A DNA stretch of 64,000 nt from Phycisphaeraceae bacterium (GCA_963674705.1 OY771506.1:3712001-3776000); one strand, 5' to 3'. Shown: positions 1 to 9,497, numbered from the stretch's first letter. Program-made: numbers and translations. Notes: generated by a model from the sequence alone, not told the origin.

Positions 1-48
1 AATCGCTAATGCAAGCAGCAAAGAAAATACTTTGGCAATCTGAATCAT
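1..48 (-). CDS. N-terminal fragment of a probable secreted protein (runs off the window)
   Basis: Minus strand reads AAGGAG-aacacc-ATG, then MIQIAKVFSLLLALAI, which looks like a signal peptide; open to the window edge. Confidence 0.6.
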   Translation of the reverse strand, partial: MIQIAKVFSLLLALAI

Positions 49-205
49 GGTGTTCTCCTTATGCGGTTGAATGAGGGTTCTGGCTTTTACAACTGGTGAC
101 CTTGGCGCATCACCAGCGTTATTTACGTAACGACAAATGCATGGTTCGCCGACTCACGAATAAGCGTGTTATCCCCAACAAGAGAATTTACTGTCGCTTT
201 TAATG

Positions 206-1435
206 CTAACGCCCGATCCAGCCTTTACTGCGGAAGTACCAGAGCAGTCCGCCGACGACAGAGATACAAACCAGCCAGAAGGCCGGATAGCCGAACTTCC
301 AGCTTAGCTCAGGAATGAACTCAAAGTTCATCCCATATATTCCAGCAAGAAATGTGATTGGGATAAAAAGTGTTGCCATGATGGTCAAAACCTTCATGGT
401 CTCGTTCATGCGGTTGGACACAGCGGACATGTGAAGATCGGTTAGTCCGTTGGCGTTTTCGCGGAAGGTTTCAATGATTTCCACGATCTGGACGGTGTGT
501 TCGTAAACATCACGCAGGTAAGTGCGTGTGACCTTGGAGACGGCCGGGTGTTCCGTGTCGCGCATCGTCGCGACGACCTCGCGCATAGGCCAGATCACGC
601 GGCGCAGGACAGAAAGCTCTCTTTTAATTGCGTGGACTTGCGCCAGCGACCGGTCGTCGGGTTCTTCCAGCACTTTCGCTTCCAGCTCTTCCAGCACATC
701 GCTGTAGCGTTCGAGGATCGGGAAGCAGTGGTCGACCAACGCGTCGAGCAGGGCATAAATCAGGAAGCTTGGGCCGTGTTGTCGCAAGCGGGAGTTGTCC
801 CGGTTGATGCGTTCGCGGATCGGATCCCAGACGTCGCCGTGCATCTCCTGGAAAGTAATGACCAGTTTGCCCGACATGAACATGCTTATCTGCTCGGCAA
901 GTAATCGGTCATCGATCAGGCGCATCATGCGCGAGATGATGAACAGGTCGTTTTCGTAAGGCTCAAGGCGTGGGCGCTGCGGTACGTGCAAAACATCTTC
1001 GGCTGCCAGTGTGTGCATGCCGACCGCTTCGCGAACCTTGTTGATGACCCACGGGTGCAGGCCATCGATATTGATCCAACGGACACGTGTCCAGTCTTCG
1101 ATCGGTTTTGCGAGTAGTGCTTCAAGATCATCGATGTCAGCGACTTCGACTTTGTCTTGGCCGTAGTTGATGCATTGAATGCGAACGGTGTCCGGCGGCG
1201 GCGGCGTATTAACGTCCGGCTCATGCTCGATGCCGGCGACTGAACCCGGCTTGTAGCTCTGAGCGTGTCGACTACCCTTACGCCCAAGCCCCGGCAGGTG
1301 CATCGCGGAACTGACATACTTCCCGACGGTCCCGACCGAGCCGACGGCGTGGTCGATCGCGCCACCGATCAGGCTACCGATCACGTGCCCGGGTGTGCGG
1401 TGGTTCCTGCGTCGGGATGGTTCGTTCTCAGCCAT
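206..1435 (-). CDS. corA: Magnesium/cobalt transporter CorA
   Basis: WINIDGLH, QRPRLEPY, YLRDVYEH, GIYGMNF (GMN signature), two C-terminal TM helices; long low-complexity N-terminal extension. Confidence 0.93.
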   Translation of the reverse strand: MAENEPSRRRNHRTPGHVIGSLIGGAIDHAVGSVGTVGKYVSSAMHLPGLGRKGSRHAQSYKPGSVAGIEHEPDVNTPPPPDTVRIQCINYGQDKVEVADIDDLEALLAKPIEDWTRVRWINIDGLHPWVINKVREAVGMHTLAAEDVLHVPQRPRLEPYENDLFIISRMMRLIDDRLLAEQISMFMSGKLVITFQEMHGDVWDPIRERINRDNSRLRQHGPSFLIYALLDALVDHCFPILERYSDVLEELEAKVLEEPDDRSLAQVHAIKRELSVLRRVIWPMREVVATMRDTEHPAVSKVTRTYLRDVYEHTVQIVEIIETFRENANGLTDLHMSAVSNRMNETMKVLTIMATLFIPITFLAGIYGMNFEFIPELSWKFGYPAFWLVCISVVGGLLWYFRSKGWIGR

Positions 1436-2610
1436 CAGTTGTCTGCATTGTCCTTGTTAACCATCCTGACCTCAAGCGGCCGCAGCGTATCCAGGTGGAC
1501 ATCGCGCTGCGGGAAGGCGATTATGATACCTGCTTCGCGAGTCAGTTCATCGAAGCGGAAACGCACATCGCTCTGGATTTTCTTAAGGTCCATCGGTCGG
1601 CTCAAACGCGACCAGAAGTAGCCCTCGAAGATCAGCGCGTTATCGCCGAACTCTTCGAAAAGGATGATCGGCTCGGGCGTCATGTGGATCAGTTTGTGTT
1701 CATCAAGTGCCTGCCGGAACAGTTTTGCCACCTTATCGGTGGGTGAACCATACGCCACGCCGACGACGACTTTGCCACGCACATCGCGATCGGTAAGTGT
1801 CCAGTTGACGACGGGCTGTTCGAGGAAGTGGCTATTGGGGATCAGCACATCTATACCGTCGGATCGGCGTAGCGTGGTGCAACGATTGTTGATCGCTTCG
1901 ATGATACCCTCATGGTCACCGACCTCGACTATGTCACCGAGTCGGATCGGCCTTTCGAGCATGATGATGAGGCTGGAGATCAGGTTGTTAAACAGGTTCT
2001 GCGCCCCGAAGCCGATGCCGATGGCAACCGCACCGCCGATGACGGTAAAGATCGTGATCGGTATGCCGGCGATGGGCATCGCGGACAGGACTAGGATGAC
2101 CGCCAGGACATTGAAGACAATGTTTTGTATTACGGCCGCGGCGTGAGAGTCGATGCGCTGGATGCGTGAGATGCGTCTGCGGACCAGAACCGAGACACGC
2201 TTACTAACCCAGAGCCCGACAAGGATGATCAATAACGCCAGTACGATCTGGTTGAGCTTGATCGGGCTCCCGCTTGCGCTGAACAGCTCCGCCCGCCAGA
2301 TCGTCAGCAATACACCAACGATGGTCCATTCCTTGGGCTGCTTCTCAGCACTGCCGGGTTGTTCTTGAGTTGGTTGTGGGTTGGCAGATGGCGTCACCTC
2401 ACCGGAGGCATGATCGCTCATCTCCAGCACGGGCGGGACTTCGGAACTGACAGAAGTGCTGTCGGGGTTCTGATTAACCTGGGATGTGGGAGCTGTCTCG
2501 GTCTGCTGTGCGAGTGTGAGTGAGTTTGCAGCAAGCAGCAACAAAATGCCCAGCATGACTGGCAGGGCAAAAATGGACTGACGGCAGATCGGCTTTATTC
2601 GCTGACGCAT
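1435..2610 (-). CDS. mscS: Small-conductance mechanosensitive channel, MscS family
   Basis: GAVAIGIGFGAQNLFNNLISSLIIMLERPIRLGD, IPNS, VGVAYGS, IAFPQRDVHL; signal peptide; stop overlaps the corA start (TGATG). Confidence 0.92.
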   Translation of the reverse strand: MRQRIKPICRQSIFALPVMLGILLLLAANSLTLAQQTETAPTSQVNQNPDSTSVSSEVPPVLEMSDHASGEVTPSANPQPTQEQPGSAEKQPKEWTIVGVLLTIWRAELFSASGSPIKLNQIVLALLIILVGLWVSKRVSVLVRRRISRIQRIDSHAAAVIQNIVFNVLAVILVLSAMPIAGIPITIFTVIGGAVAIGIGFGAQNLFNNLISSLIIMLERPIRLGDIVEVGDHEGIIEAINNRCTTLRRSDGIDVLIPNSHFLEQPVVNWTLTDRDVRGKVVVGVAYGSPTDKVAKLFRQALDEHKLIHMTPEPIILFEEFGDNALIFEGYFWSRLSRPMDLKKIQSDVRFRFDELTREAGIIIAFPQRDVHLDTLRPLEVRMVNKDNADN

Positions 2611-2693
2611 GTTAGATGTTTATAGCTCAGGTTGACTCGGTAAGAAAGATGGCGGATTGACCTGCCCATGTTGTAGGTTGCATTTTACACGAA

Positions 2694-2702
2694 TGTTATA
2701 AT
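2694..2702 (+). promoter_or_regulatory. Extended -10 promoter element for the hydrolase/GNAT operon
   Basis: TGtTATAAT about 50 nt upstream of ATG 2752. Confidence 0.45.
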
Positions 2703-2751
2703 ACCGGGATCTAATTTGTCTATTGACCCTACAGTGGCATAGTATTTCCTC

Positions 2752-3642
2752 ATGAAACGTCTACGCGTCGCCTCATTACAGTATTACATGCGTCCGGTCC
2801 AACGGTTTGAGCAGTTTGTGGACCAGGTTGAATCCCTTGTCTGGACCGCCAGGGACTACAACGTCAAGCTGCTGGTGTTCCCGGAGTATTTCACCGCACA
2901 GTTGCTGACGTTGAACAATATCAAGATGCCGATCAAGGAACAGATCCGCCACCTCGCTGAGTACGAGCACCGTATCGTCGAACTGATGAAGCGGTTGGCC
3001 AAGGACAGCGGTCTGTACATCGTCGGCGGGACACTGCCGGCGATGGACCCGCCGGACACCGTTACCGTTTACAACGAGTGCTACCTCTACAGCCCCAACG
3101 GCAACTGGGACGTACAGGGCAAACTGCACATGACCCGCTTCGAGAAGGAGGAGTGGATCGTCAGCCCGCACAAGAAAATGAAGATCTTTGACACCGAGAT
3201 CGGCAAGTTGGCGATCACCATCTGCTACGACGTCGAGTTCCCCGAGTTGGCGCGGGCGGCGGCAAGACAGGGCGCCTACCTGCTGATTGTTCCAAGCTGC
3301 ACGGATGACCGCCAGGGATTTCTCCGCGTCCGGTACTGCGCCCAGGCCCGGGCCATCGAGAACCAGATGTACGTCGTCCACTCCGGCACGGTTGGTTCAT
3401 TGCCCATGGTCCCGGCGGTCTCGCTGAACTACGGGCAGGCATCGATCCTGACCCCCAGCGACTTCGCCTTCTCCCGTGACGGCATCCTTGCCGAAGGCGT
3501 GCCCAACCAGGAATCCGTGGTGATCGGCGACCTTGATATGGATAGAATTGTGGAAACCCGTGAATCAGGGACTGTGCTCCCCCTGACCGATAGCATGAGC
3601 ACAGCTGAGGTGACTTCAAAACTCGAAGTCGTCAATTTATGA
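2752..3642 (+). CDS. Carbon-nitrogen hydrolase (nitrilase superfamily)
   Basis: Glu-Lys-Cys triad motifs FPEYF, QGKLHM, ICYDVEFPE; ARAIENQ. Confidence 0.92.
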   Translation: MKRLRVASLQYYMRPVQRFEQFVDQVESLVWTARDYNVKLLVFPEYFTAQLLTLNNIKMPIKEQIRHLAEYEHRIVELMKRLAKDSGLYIVGGTLPAMDPPDTVTVYNECYLYSPNGNWDVQGKLHMTRFEKEEWIVSPHKKMKIFDTEIGKLAITICYDVEFPELARAAARQGAYLLIVPSCTDDRQGFLRVRYCAQARAIENQMYVVHSGTVGSLPMVPAVSLNYGQASILTPSDFAFSRDGILAEGVPNQESVVIGDLDMDRIVETRESGTVLPLTDSMSTAEVTSKLEVVNL

Positions 3643-4385
3643 ACCCCCACAGATCCTCTTCAAACATCATTATCCGCCAGGCATGCCCCGAAGACTTCAA
3701 CCAGATCATTGAAATGGGTCGGCTGATCTACTCGGACCTTGGCACCTGGTCGATCAGGCATCTTGAATCACACCAGAAAATCTTTCCCGAAGGCCAGCTT
3801 GTTGCCGTCGATCAGGACACGGGCAATCTGGTCGGGTCATCCTCGAGCCTTATCGTGCTTTGGGACGACTACGACCTGCGCGATTCCTGGCACGACTTCA
3901 CCGACCACGGGATGTTCACCAACCACGACACGCAGGGGCATACGCTTTACGGCGCTGACGTGATGGTCCATCCCCATCAGCAGGGCCGGGGCATCGGTAA
4001 GCTCATCTACAAGGCCCGCCGCGAGTTGACACGCCGGTTGGAGCTTCGTCGTATCCGCGCCGGCGCAAGGCTACGCAATTATGGCAAGTTCAAGGATCAG
4101 ATGTCGCCCGAGGATTACGTCCTGCGGATAATCTGCGGCGAGATTGGCGATCCGACCCTCTCGTTTCAGATCAAGCAGGGCTTCCGCGTGTTGGGTGTTG
4201 TGCGAGACTACCTGCATCATGACGAGGAGAGTTGCGGCCACGCCGCGGTCATCGAGTGGGTCAACCATCAGGCCGCCACACGCAAGGACACGTACGGCCG
4301 GGATCGCAAGTTCGCCAAACCTCGCAAACGTTCTATGAAACCCATGTCCAACATGCAAGACAACGACGACGGGCACGATATTTAG
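3639..4385 (+). CDS. GNAT family N-acetyltransferase (YkwB-like)
   Basis: LYGADVMVHPHQQGRGIGKLIY acetyl-CoA loop, DPTLSFQ motif; ATGA overlap with the hydrolase. Confidence 0.88.
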   Translation: MNPHRSSSNIIIRQACPEDFNQIIEMGRLIYSDLGTWSIRHLESHQKIFPEGQLVAVDQDTGNLVGSSSSLIVLWDDYDLRDSWHDFTDHGMFTNHDTQGHTLYGADVMVHPHQQGRGIGKLIYKARRELTRRLELRRIRAGARLRNYGKFKDQMSPEDYVLRIICGEIGDPTLSFQIKQGFRVLGVVRDYLHHDEESCGHAAVIEWVNHQAATRKDTYGRDRKFAKPRKRSMKPMSNMQDNDDGHDI

Positions 4386-4515
4386 TCTTCTTACGATCTG
4401 CCTGTAAGGCCGTACCCCGGTGAAGTGAACGTAAAGGCCGGTATTGCTAGCCGCCTCGCTACATGCTGGAATCGGCTTCAGGTGCGACCCACACATGTGA
4501 CGTGTCTCCTGTGGT

Positions 4516-5547
4516 ATGATTCGCGCCATGCCGGCCGTATCTGTTGAACATTTAAGCAAAACGTTTGAAGTCGCAGACAAACTCCCGGGGCTCATGGGCA
4601 CCCTGCGCCACTTCGTGCACCGTAAGTACCGCAAGATCGAAGCGGTCAAGGATGTCAGCTTTCACATCGAGCCCGGCGAGGTGGTTGGCTTCCTCGGGCC
4701 GAACGGCGCCGGCAAGACCACCACACTCAAGATGCTGACCGGCCTGATCCATCCGAGCTGCGGCAAGGTCGATGTGCTCGGGCAGGAGCCGTTCAAACGT
4801 CGACCCGACCTGCTTAAAGAGTTCACGCTCGTGATGGGCCAGAAGCAGCAGATGATCTGGGACCTGCCGCCGAGCGAATCCCTGCGGATCAACGCCGCGA
4901 TCTATGGCATCCCGGAGAAAGAAGCACAGCGACGCATCGATGAACTTGCGGGCATGCTGTCATTGAGCGATGAACTGACCCGTCCCGTTCGTAAGCTGTC
5001 GCTCGGTGAGCGTATGAAAAGCGAACTGATGGCGGCGCTCATTCATTACCCGAAGATCCTGTTCCTGGATGAGCCGACGCTCGGGCTGGATGTGAACGCC
5101 CAGACCGCGGTGCGTGCTTTCCTGCGTGAATACAACAAAAAGCACGGCGCATCGATCCTGCTGACCAGCCACTACATGGCAGACATCACCGCACTGTGCG
5201 ATCGTGTCATCATGATCCACCACGGCGGCCTGCTCTACGACGGCAGTCTTGCGGGTGTGATCGAGCGCTTCGCCCCGTTCCGTGAGGTGAAACTGGAACT
5301 CGGTTCGGAAGCGGACGAGAACCTGATGACGCGGTTTGGTGAAGTTGAAAGCGTCGAGGGCAGGGCGGTCAGGTTGTTGGTCCGCCGAGAGGAACTGACA
5401 GCGACGGTTGATCGGTTGCTGGATGAGTTGGAAGTGACCGACCTGACGGTAACCGACCCGCCGATCGAGGAAGTGATCGGCCGGGCGTTTAATACAGACA
5501 AGGACGAGATGGCGGCCGTTGATGCTCGCGGGGGGGCGGACCAATGA
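4516..5547 (+). CDS. ABC exporter ATP-binding protein
   Basis: Walker A GPNGAGKT, LSLGE signature, Walker B ILFLDEP, H-loop TSHYM. Confidence 0.95.
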   Translation: MIRAMPAVSVEHLSKTFEVADKLPGLMGTLRHFVHRKYRKIEAVKDVSFHIEPGEVVGFLGPNGAGKTTTLKMLTGLIHPSCGKVDVLGQEPFKRRPDLLKEFTLVMGQKQQMIWDLPPSESLRINAAIYGIPEKEAQRRIDELAGMLSLSDELTRPVRKLSLGERMKSELMAALIHYPKILFLDEPTLGLDVNAQTAVRAFLREYNKKHGASILLTSHYMADITALCDRVIMIHHGGLLYDGSLAGVIERFAPFREVKLELGSEADENLMTRFGEVESVEGRAVRLLVRREELTATVDRLLDELEVTDLTVTDPPIEEVIGRAFNTDKDEMAAVDARGGADQ

Positions 5548-6377
5548 CCGCGGCGACTAGCGAAAGCGTCGGCTTGATTTCTAAGTTCCGTGTGATGTTC
5601 AGCGTGCATTACGCGGAGATGCTCACGTACCGCGCAGAGATCGCACTGTGGGCGGTCGCCACGATGCAGCCTTTGATCATGATGGGCATCTGGTCGGGGG
5701 CCGGGGCGTCGGGGCATTTCGACTTTGACCAGATTGGTGTCCAACGCTACTTCATCGTGGTCTACATCATCCGCCAGATCACCGTCGTCTGGACGATCTT
5801 TCACTTCGAGTGGCTGGTTGTCACCGGGCGGCTCAGCCCGATGCTGCTGCACCCGGTCGACCCGAGTATTCGGTTCATCCTCATGCATCTCGGCGAGCAA
5901 TGGACACGCCTTCCATTCGCTCTGTTGTTCGCGGGGCTGTTCCTCGCGGCGTATCCCCAGACCGTTACCGGCGGGCCGGGCGGTGAACTGTGGTGGCCCG
6001 GTGTGGGAAACATCCTGCTTGCGATCTTCTTCAGCTACTTCGCCTTCATCCTGCTTTTCTATATGCAGTACACGTTGTGCATGGCCGCCTTCTGGTACGA
6101 GCGGGTCGCCGCGATGGATTCGCTGATCTTTCTGCCGTACATGTTCCTCTCGGGCATGATCTTCCCCTTCGAGGTACTGCCTGATACGGCACGTGAGGTG
6201 TTGCTCTGGACGCCGTACCCCTACATGGTCTGGTTCCCCGCGTCGCTGGTCGTGCACGGCGAGGCCCCCGTTATCAAAGGCCTGCTCATCATGACCTGCT
6301 GGCTGGTCGTGTTCTATGGCTTATCCAGATGGCTCTGGCACAAAGGACTCAAACATTACTCGGCGATGGGAGCTTAA
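5544..6377 (+). CDS. ABC-2 family permease (DUF990-like)
   Basis: About 6 TM helices, YRAEIALW, GRLSPMLLHP, C-terminal GLKHYSAMGA; ATGA overlap with the ATPase. Confidence 0.88.
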   Translation: MTAATSESVGLISKFRVMFSVHYAEMLTYRAEIALWAVATMQPLIMMGIWSGAGASGHFDFDQIGVQRYFIVVYIIRQITVVWTIFHFEWLVVTGRLSPMLLHPVDPSIRFILMHLGEQWTRLPFALLFAGLFLAAYPQTVTGGPGGELWWPGVGNILLAIFFSYFAFILLFYMQYTLCMAAFWYERVAAMDSLIFLPYMFLSGMIFPFEVLPDTAREVLLWTPYPYMVWFPASLVVHGEAPVIKGLLIMTCWLVVFYGLSRWLWHKGLKHYSAMGA

Positions 6378-6383
6378 GGCAAA

Positions 6384-6448
6384 CGCTAATTGCTGATCTG
6401 AAATCGTTAATGTGAGGAACATTAGCGATTAGCAATTACAGATTCGAG
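6384..6448. repeat. Inverted pair of 7-nt-periodic arrays
   Basis: cgctaat tgctgat ctgaaat cgttaat -9 nt- attagcg attagca attacag attcgag. Confidence 0.65.
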
Positions 6449-7237
6449 ATGAAAAGATATCTCAACATCCTGCGCATCTTCTGGTCGGCTTCGATTTCCG
6501 CCGAAATGGAATACCGCGCCAACTTCATCATGGCGGCGCTGTCCAGTGTCATGATGCTGATCGGGACGGTGATGATGCTTTTCCTCTTTTATCGCACGGG
6601 CTACCAGATGGGCGGCTGGCACTGGCGCGACGCACTGGCGGTTGTCGGGGCATTTACGTTCCTGGACGGCGTACAGGCGACCTTCATGGCCCCCAACCGT
6701 ATCCGTGTCACCGAATACATCCGCGAGGGAACACTCGACTTCGTCCTGATCAAACCCATCGACAGCCAGTTCTGGCTCTCTGTGCGGTCACTGTCGCTGT
6801 GGGGTGTGCCGAACATCTTTCTGGGCCTGGTGATCCTTGGGTATGTCATATTCACACGTGAACCTTCTCCCGGCCTGGTAAACGTCGTGCTGGCGATTAC
6901 GACACTGCTCTTGGGTGTGCTCGTGCTCTACAGCCTCGGTTACCTGCTGAGCACACTCAGCATCTGGTACGTCAAGCTCTACAACATCACGATGGCGATG
7001 CAGGCCCTGGTCGAGACCGGCCGCTACCCGATCCCCGCATACAAACCCGCCTACCAGGCGTTCTTCACATTCGTGTTGCCCGTCGCTTTCATGACCACCG
7101 TCCCCGCTCAGTTTTTAACCGGCCGCGGCACCGCCCCCTGGCTCATCGCCGCGGCTGTCGTGACGGCAGCGCTGTTATTAGCATCGATCTGGTTCTGGCG
7201 ATTCGCACTGCGGTATTACACGAGCGCGTCGAGTTGA
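6449..7237 (+). CDS. ABC-2 family permease (DUF990-like)
   Basis: EMEYRANF, IREGTLDFVLIKPIDSQF, GRYP, C-terminal ALRYYTSASS. Confidence 0.9.
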   Translation: MKRYLNILRIFWSASISAEMEYRANFIMAALSSVMMLIGTVMMLFLFYRTGYQMGGWHWRDALAVVGAFTFLDGVQATFMAPNRIRVTEYIREGTLDFVLIKPIDSQFWLSVRSLSLWGVPNIFLGLVILGYVIFTREPSPGLVNVVLAITTLLLGVLVLYSLGYLLSTLSIWYVKLYNITMAMQALVETGRYPIPAYKPAYQAFFTFVLPVAFMTTVPAQFLTGRGTAPWLIAAAVVTAALLLASIWFWRFALRYYTSASS

Positions 7238-7250
7238 ACAGGGATGTTAG

Positions 7251-7324
7251 TTAGCCGCGAATGAACGCGAATAAACGCAAATGAAGATGTATATTCGCGT
7301 GGATTTGCGTTTATTGGCGGCAAA
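7251..7324. repeat. Palindromic element built from 10-nt units (gcgaatgaac/gcgaataaac/gcaaat, then inverted)
   Basis: ttagccgcgaatgaacgcgaataaacgcaaat...attcgcgtggatttgcgtttattggcggcaaa; second copy at 35274-35449. Confidence 0.8.
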
Positions 7325-7438
7325 CTTCCACAATGTAGTTGTCCGACAGGATTATGATAGCAATTCATCCAGACTCACAGATTGCTAATTCAAGTGCATC
7401 GTTGACGTTCGGCATACTCTTTCAGATGATTTGTTTTA

Positions 7439-8317
7439 ATGGTGGCTATCTTGTCATATGTCTTATTGGCCGGTTCTGTCATCTGGCTTGTCGTGCTCTG
7501 GGTGTGGGTTTTAAAAGAGCATCCCGGGCCGCGCTATCCGTACTGTCCTGCGTGCAACTTCCCGACGCGACAGGTCCGTGGGACGCACTGCCCGCAATGT
7601 GGCGTAGACCTGCGTGAGGCCGGCATCAAAACACCCCGTGTCAAGGACACCGACGTCGATCAGCGTTTTATTTTCGGGTGGACCACGCCATTGGTCCTGC
7701 TCGCGGTGATCCTGCCTTTTAAACTTGATCCTATCGGCCCGAAGGTGCAGGATGTAGGCCTAAACCTGCAACTCGATAGCCTATCCGAGCAGGCGGGATT
7801 CACCATTACAATTTATGGCAAGGGATCCCCGACTGTTGAAAAAGTGACCATGGTTTTCCACGGCGAAGGCCTTGGCATTTTTGAAACAGGTGTAGACATC
7901 CCCAACATGATGCTGACCGATCCGCCCAACCGCGTATCGTCCACCGATGCGCAGCGGCCGATGAATCACCAGGCGTTGGCTCAATATTTTGAGAAGATGA
8001 ACGTTGACACATCCAGCGAAGAAACACGGCAGGCTATAGATGAGTTGATCGTCATCCTGCAAACCCTTCATCGCACCGGCCATCGGCCGCAGGTCTTCTC
8101 GTCTTTCGAACCCTTTGAGAACACCACGTATTCCCAGCATACAGCCAGATGGTTCATTTTCGGGATATTTTTAATCTGGGGAATTATATGGATCGCAGGG
8201 ATCGCGAAGTACTACAAAATCCGTGTGAGACAGCGTCTTGCAGATAATCAGAACGTCAGAGAACTCAACAAAATAATTGACCTATCATCCAATGGAATGG
8301 ATGATGCCAGCCCATGA
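7439..8317 (+). CDS. Membrane protein with a CxxC...CPxCG zinc ribbon (paralog 1)
   Basis: TM, CPACNFPTRQVRGTHCPQCGVDLREAGI, TM, soluble domain, TM. Confidence 0.8.
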   Translation: MVAILSYVLLAGSVIWLVVLWVWVLKEHPGPRYPYCPACNFPTRQVRGTHCPQCGVDLREAGIKTPRVKDTDVDQRFIFGWTTPLVLLAVILPFKLDPIGPKVQDVGLNLQLDSLSEQAGFTITIYGKGSPTVEKVTMVFHGEGLGIFETGVDIPNMMLTDPPNRVSSTDAQRPMNHQALAQYFEKMNVDTSSEETRQAIDELIVILQTLHRTGHRPQVFSSFEPFENTTYSQHTARWFIFGIFLIWGIIWIAGIAKYYKIRVRQRLADNQNVRELNKIIDLSSNGMDDASP

Positions 8318-9255
8318 TGTTCAGCCTGATCGGCATCCTGTTCTTGATTATCCCGTTTGCGTATCTATTGGCATCCGTGGTTGGTCTGTCCTATCTCTGG
8401 TACCGGGTATTAAAAGGCAAACGTGGTGGAGACTTGCCAACCTGCGCACGGTGTGGGTATGGCGTGCGCGGCCTGGCGGGCTTGAACTGTCCGGAGTGCG
8501 GTGCAGATTTGCGTGAAGTCGGTATTACCACGCCAAAGCAGCGCGGGGCGGTTTCACCGATCCTTTTTGTGTTGTTGTGGACACTGCTATTGCCTGGGCC
8601 GACCTGTCTGGTGTCCGGGGTGTTGGTGGCAATTGGGCCGAAGCAAAGCGCCATCGATAAGGAATCGCTTGAATTAAGCATTCCAACTTCAGGCGAGTAT
8701 CGGTCATTGACTATTGAGCGATATCATGGTGGACTGTCGATACTTCCTGGCTCTACAACATTGACGATGCTGTTTTGTGTGGGACAGACCAATCATGTAA
8801 ATCTCAATATCAATCCAGATGCAATGACGTATGTGGATATTACCAACTCCAATTCCAACACGTATGGTCCGACACCGTCACGGTCGACTACACCATTGGA
8901 CCGTCAGGCAATTTTGAGTGTGCTCCAACGTATTGGCGCCGATCCGTCACGGCAGGATGTGATTGATGAAGCGGACGAGTTGCTTGGCATCGTGAAGACG
9001 ATACCTACGCAGGGTTTACTCAACGTAACCACAACAAACTTTTTTCCGAAGTACACACAAAACACTCACGACGAACCGGCTGTGTGGTTCATGCTATTGA
9101 TGCTGGGAATCTGCATCGGATTCTGGATATTGGGCTTTGTCTTCTTCTTCCGTATCCGCCGCAAGTCCGTTCCCCAAGTAAAACCATGCAAGGCTGAAAC
9201 CGCCCGGTTCGCTCCACCAAGTGACTCCGGTCCACACACCCCCCCAGCTTCCTGA
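8314..9255 (+). CDS. Membrane protein with a CxxCGY...CPECG zinc ribbon (paralog 2)
   Basis: TM, CARCGYGVRGLAGLNCPECGADLREVGI, TM, soluble domain, TM; ATGA overlap with paralog 1. Confidence 0.82.
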   Translation: MMFSLIGILFLIIPFAYLLASVVGLSYLWYRVLKGKRGGDLPTCARCGYGVRGLAGLNCPECGADLREVGITTPKQRGAVSPILFVLLWTLLLPGPTCLVSGVLVAIGPKQSAIDKESLELSIPTSGEYRSLTIERYHGGLSILPGSTTLTMLFCVGQTNHVNLNINPDAMTYVDITNSNSNTYGPTPSRSTTPLDRQAILSVLQRIGADPSRQDVIDEADELLGIVKTIPTQGLLNVTTTNFFPKYTQNTHDEPAVWFMLLMLGICIGFWILGFVFFFRIRRKSVPQVKPCKAETARFAPPSDSGPHTPPAS

Positions 9256-9267
9256 CCTCCTCCCTCT

Positions 9268-9286
9268 AGCCGCTTGCGGCTTAGCG
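9268..9286. repeat. REP-like palindrome AGCCGCTTGCGGCTTAGCG (copy 1)
   Basis: Identical 19-mer at 34188-34206; internal hairpin AGCCGC-TT-GCGGCT. Confidence 0.8.
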
Positions 9287-9320
9287 TTGCCAGATATGGG
9301 ATTTCCACCCCATGGCCTGG

Positions 9321-9362
9321 CCAGCCACCAGCCTCCAGTCACCAGCCTCCAGTCACCAGCCA
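9321..9362 (+). repeat. Heptamer tandem repeat, six CCAGYCW units
   Basis: ccagcca ccagcct ccagtca ccagcct ccagtca ccagcca. Confidence 0.9.
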
Positions 9363-9419
9363 CTTTCCCACACCCAAACACTTCCCGAATAAATTTTTGA
9401 AATTTCCTCAAGTACTACC

Positions 9420-9486
9420 TTGACAGAACCCGAACATTACCTAACATGGCCCATACCGGACATCAACCGAACATTGACCCGAACAA
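9420..9486 (+). promoter_or_regulatory. recA promoter with five CCGAACAT-like direct repeats
   Basis: TTGACA (9420) -16 nt- TAACAT (9442); repeats at 9430, 9440, 9456, 9467, 9479. Confidence 0.6.
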
Positions 9487-9497
9487 GGAGCAGGACT

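Noticed and set aside
60..205. Riboswitch in the leader downstream of corA
   Set aside because: One hairpin (ctggtga...tcaccag) but no aptamer I can recognise; would need an Rfam search
5235..6257. 340-aa minus-strand ORF
   Set aside because: Antisense to the ABC transporter genes
9420..9497. RecA N-terminal extension from TTG 9420
   Set aside because: The TTG is part of the -35 box TTGACA; better RBS and ATG pairs lie at 9498 and 9579
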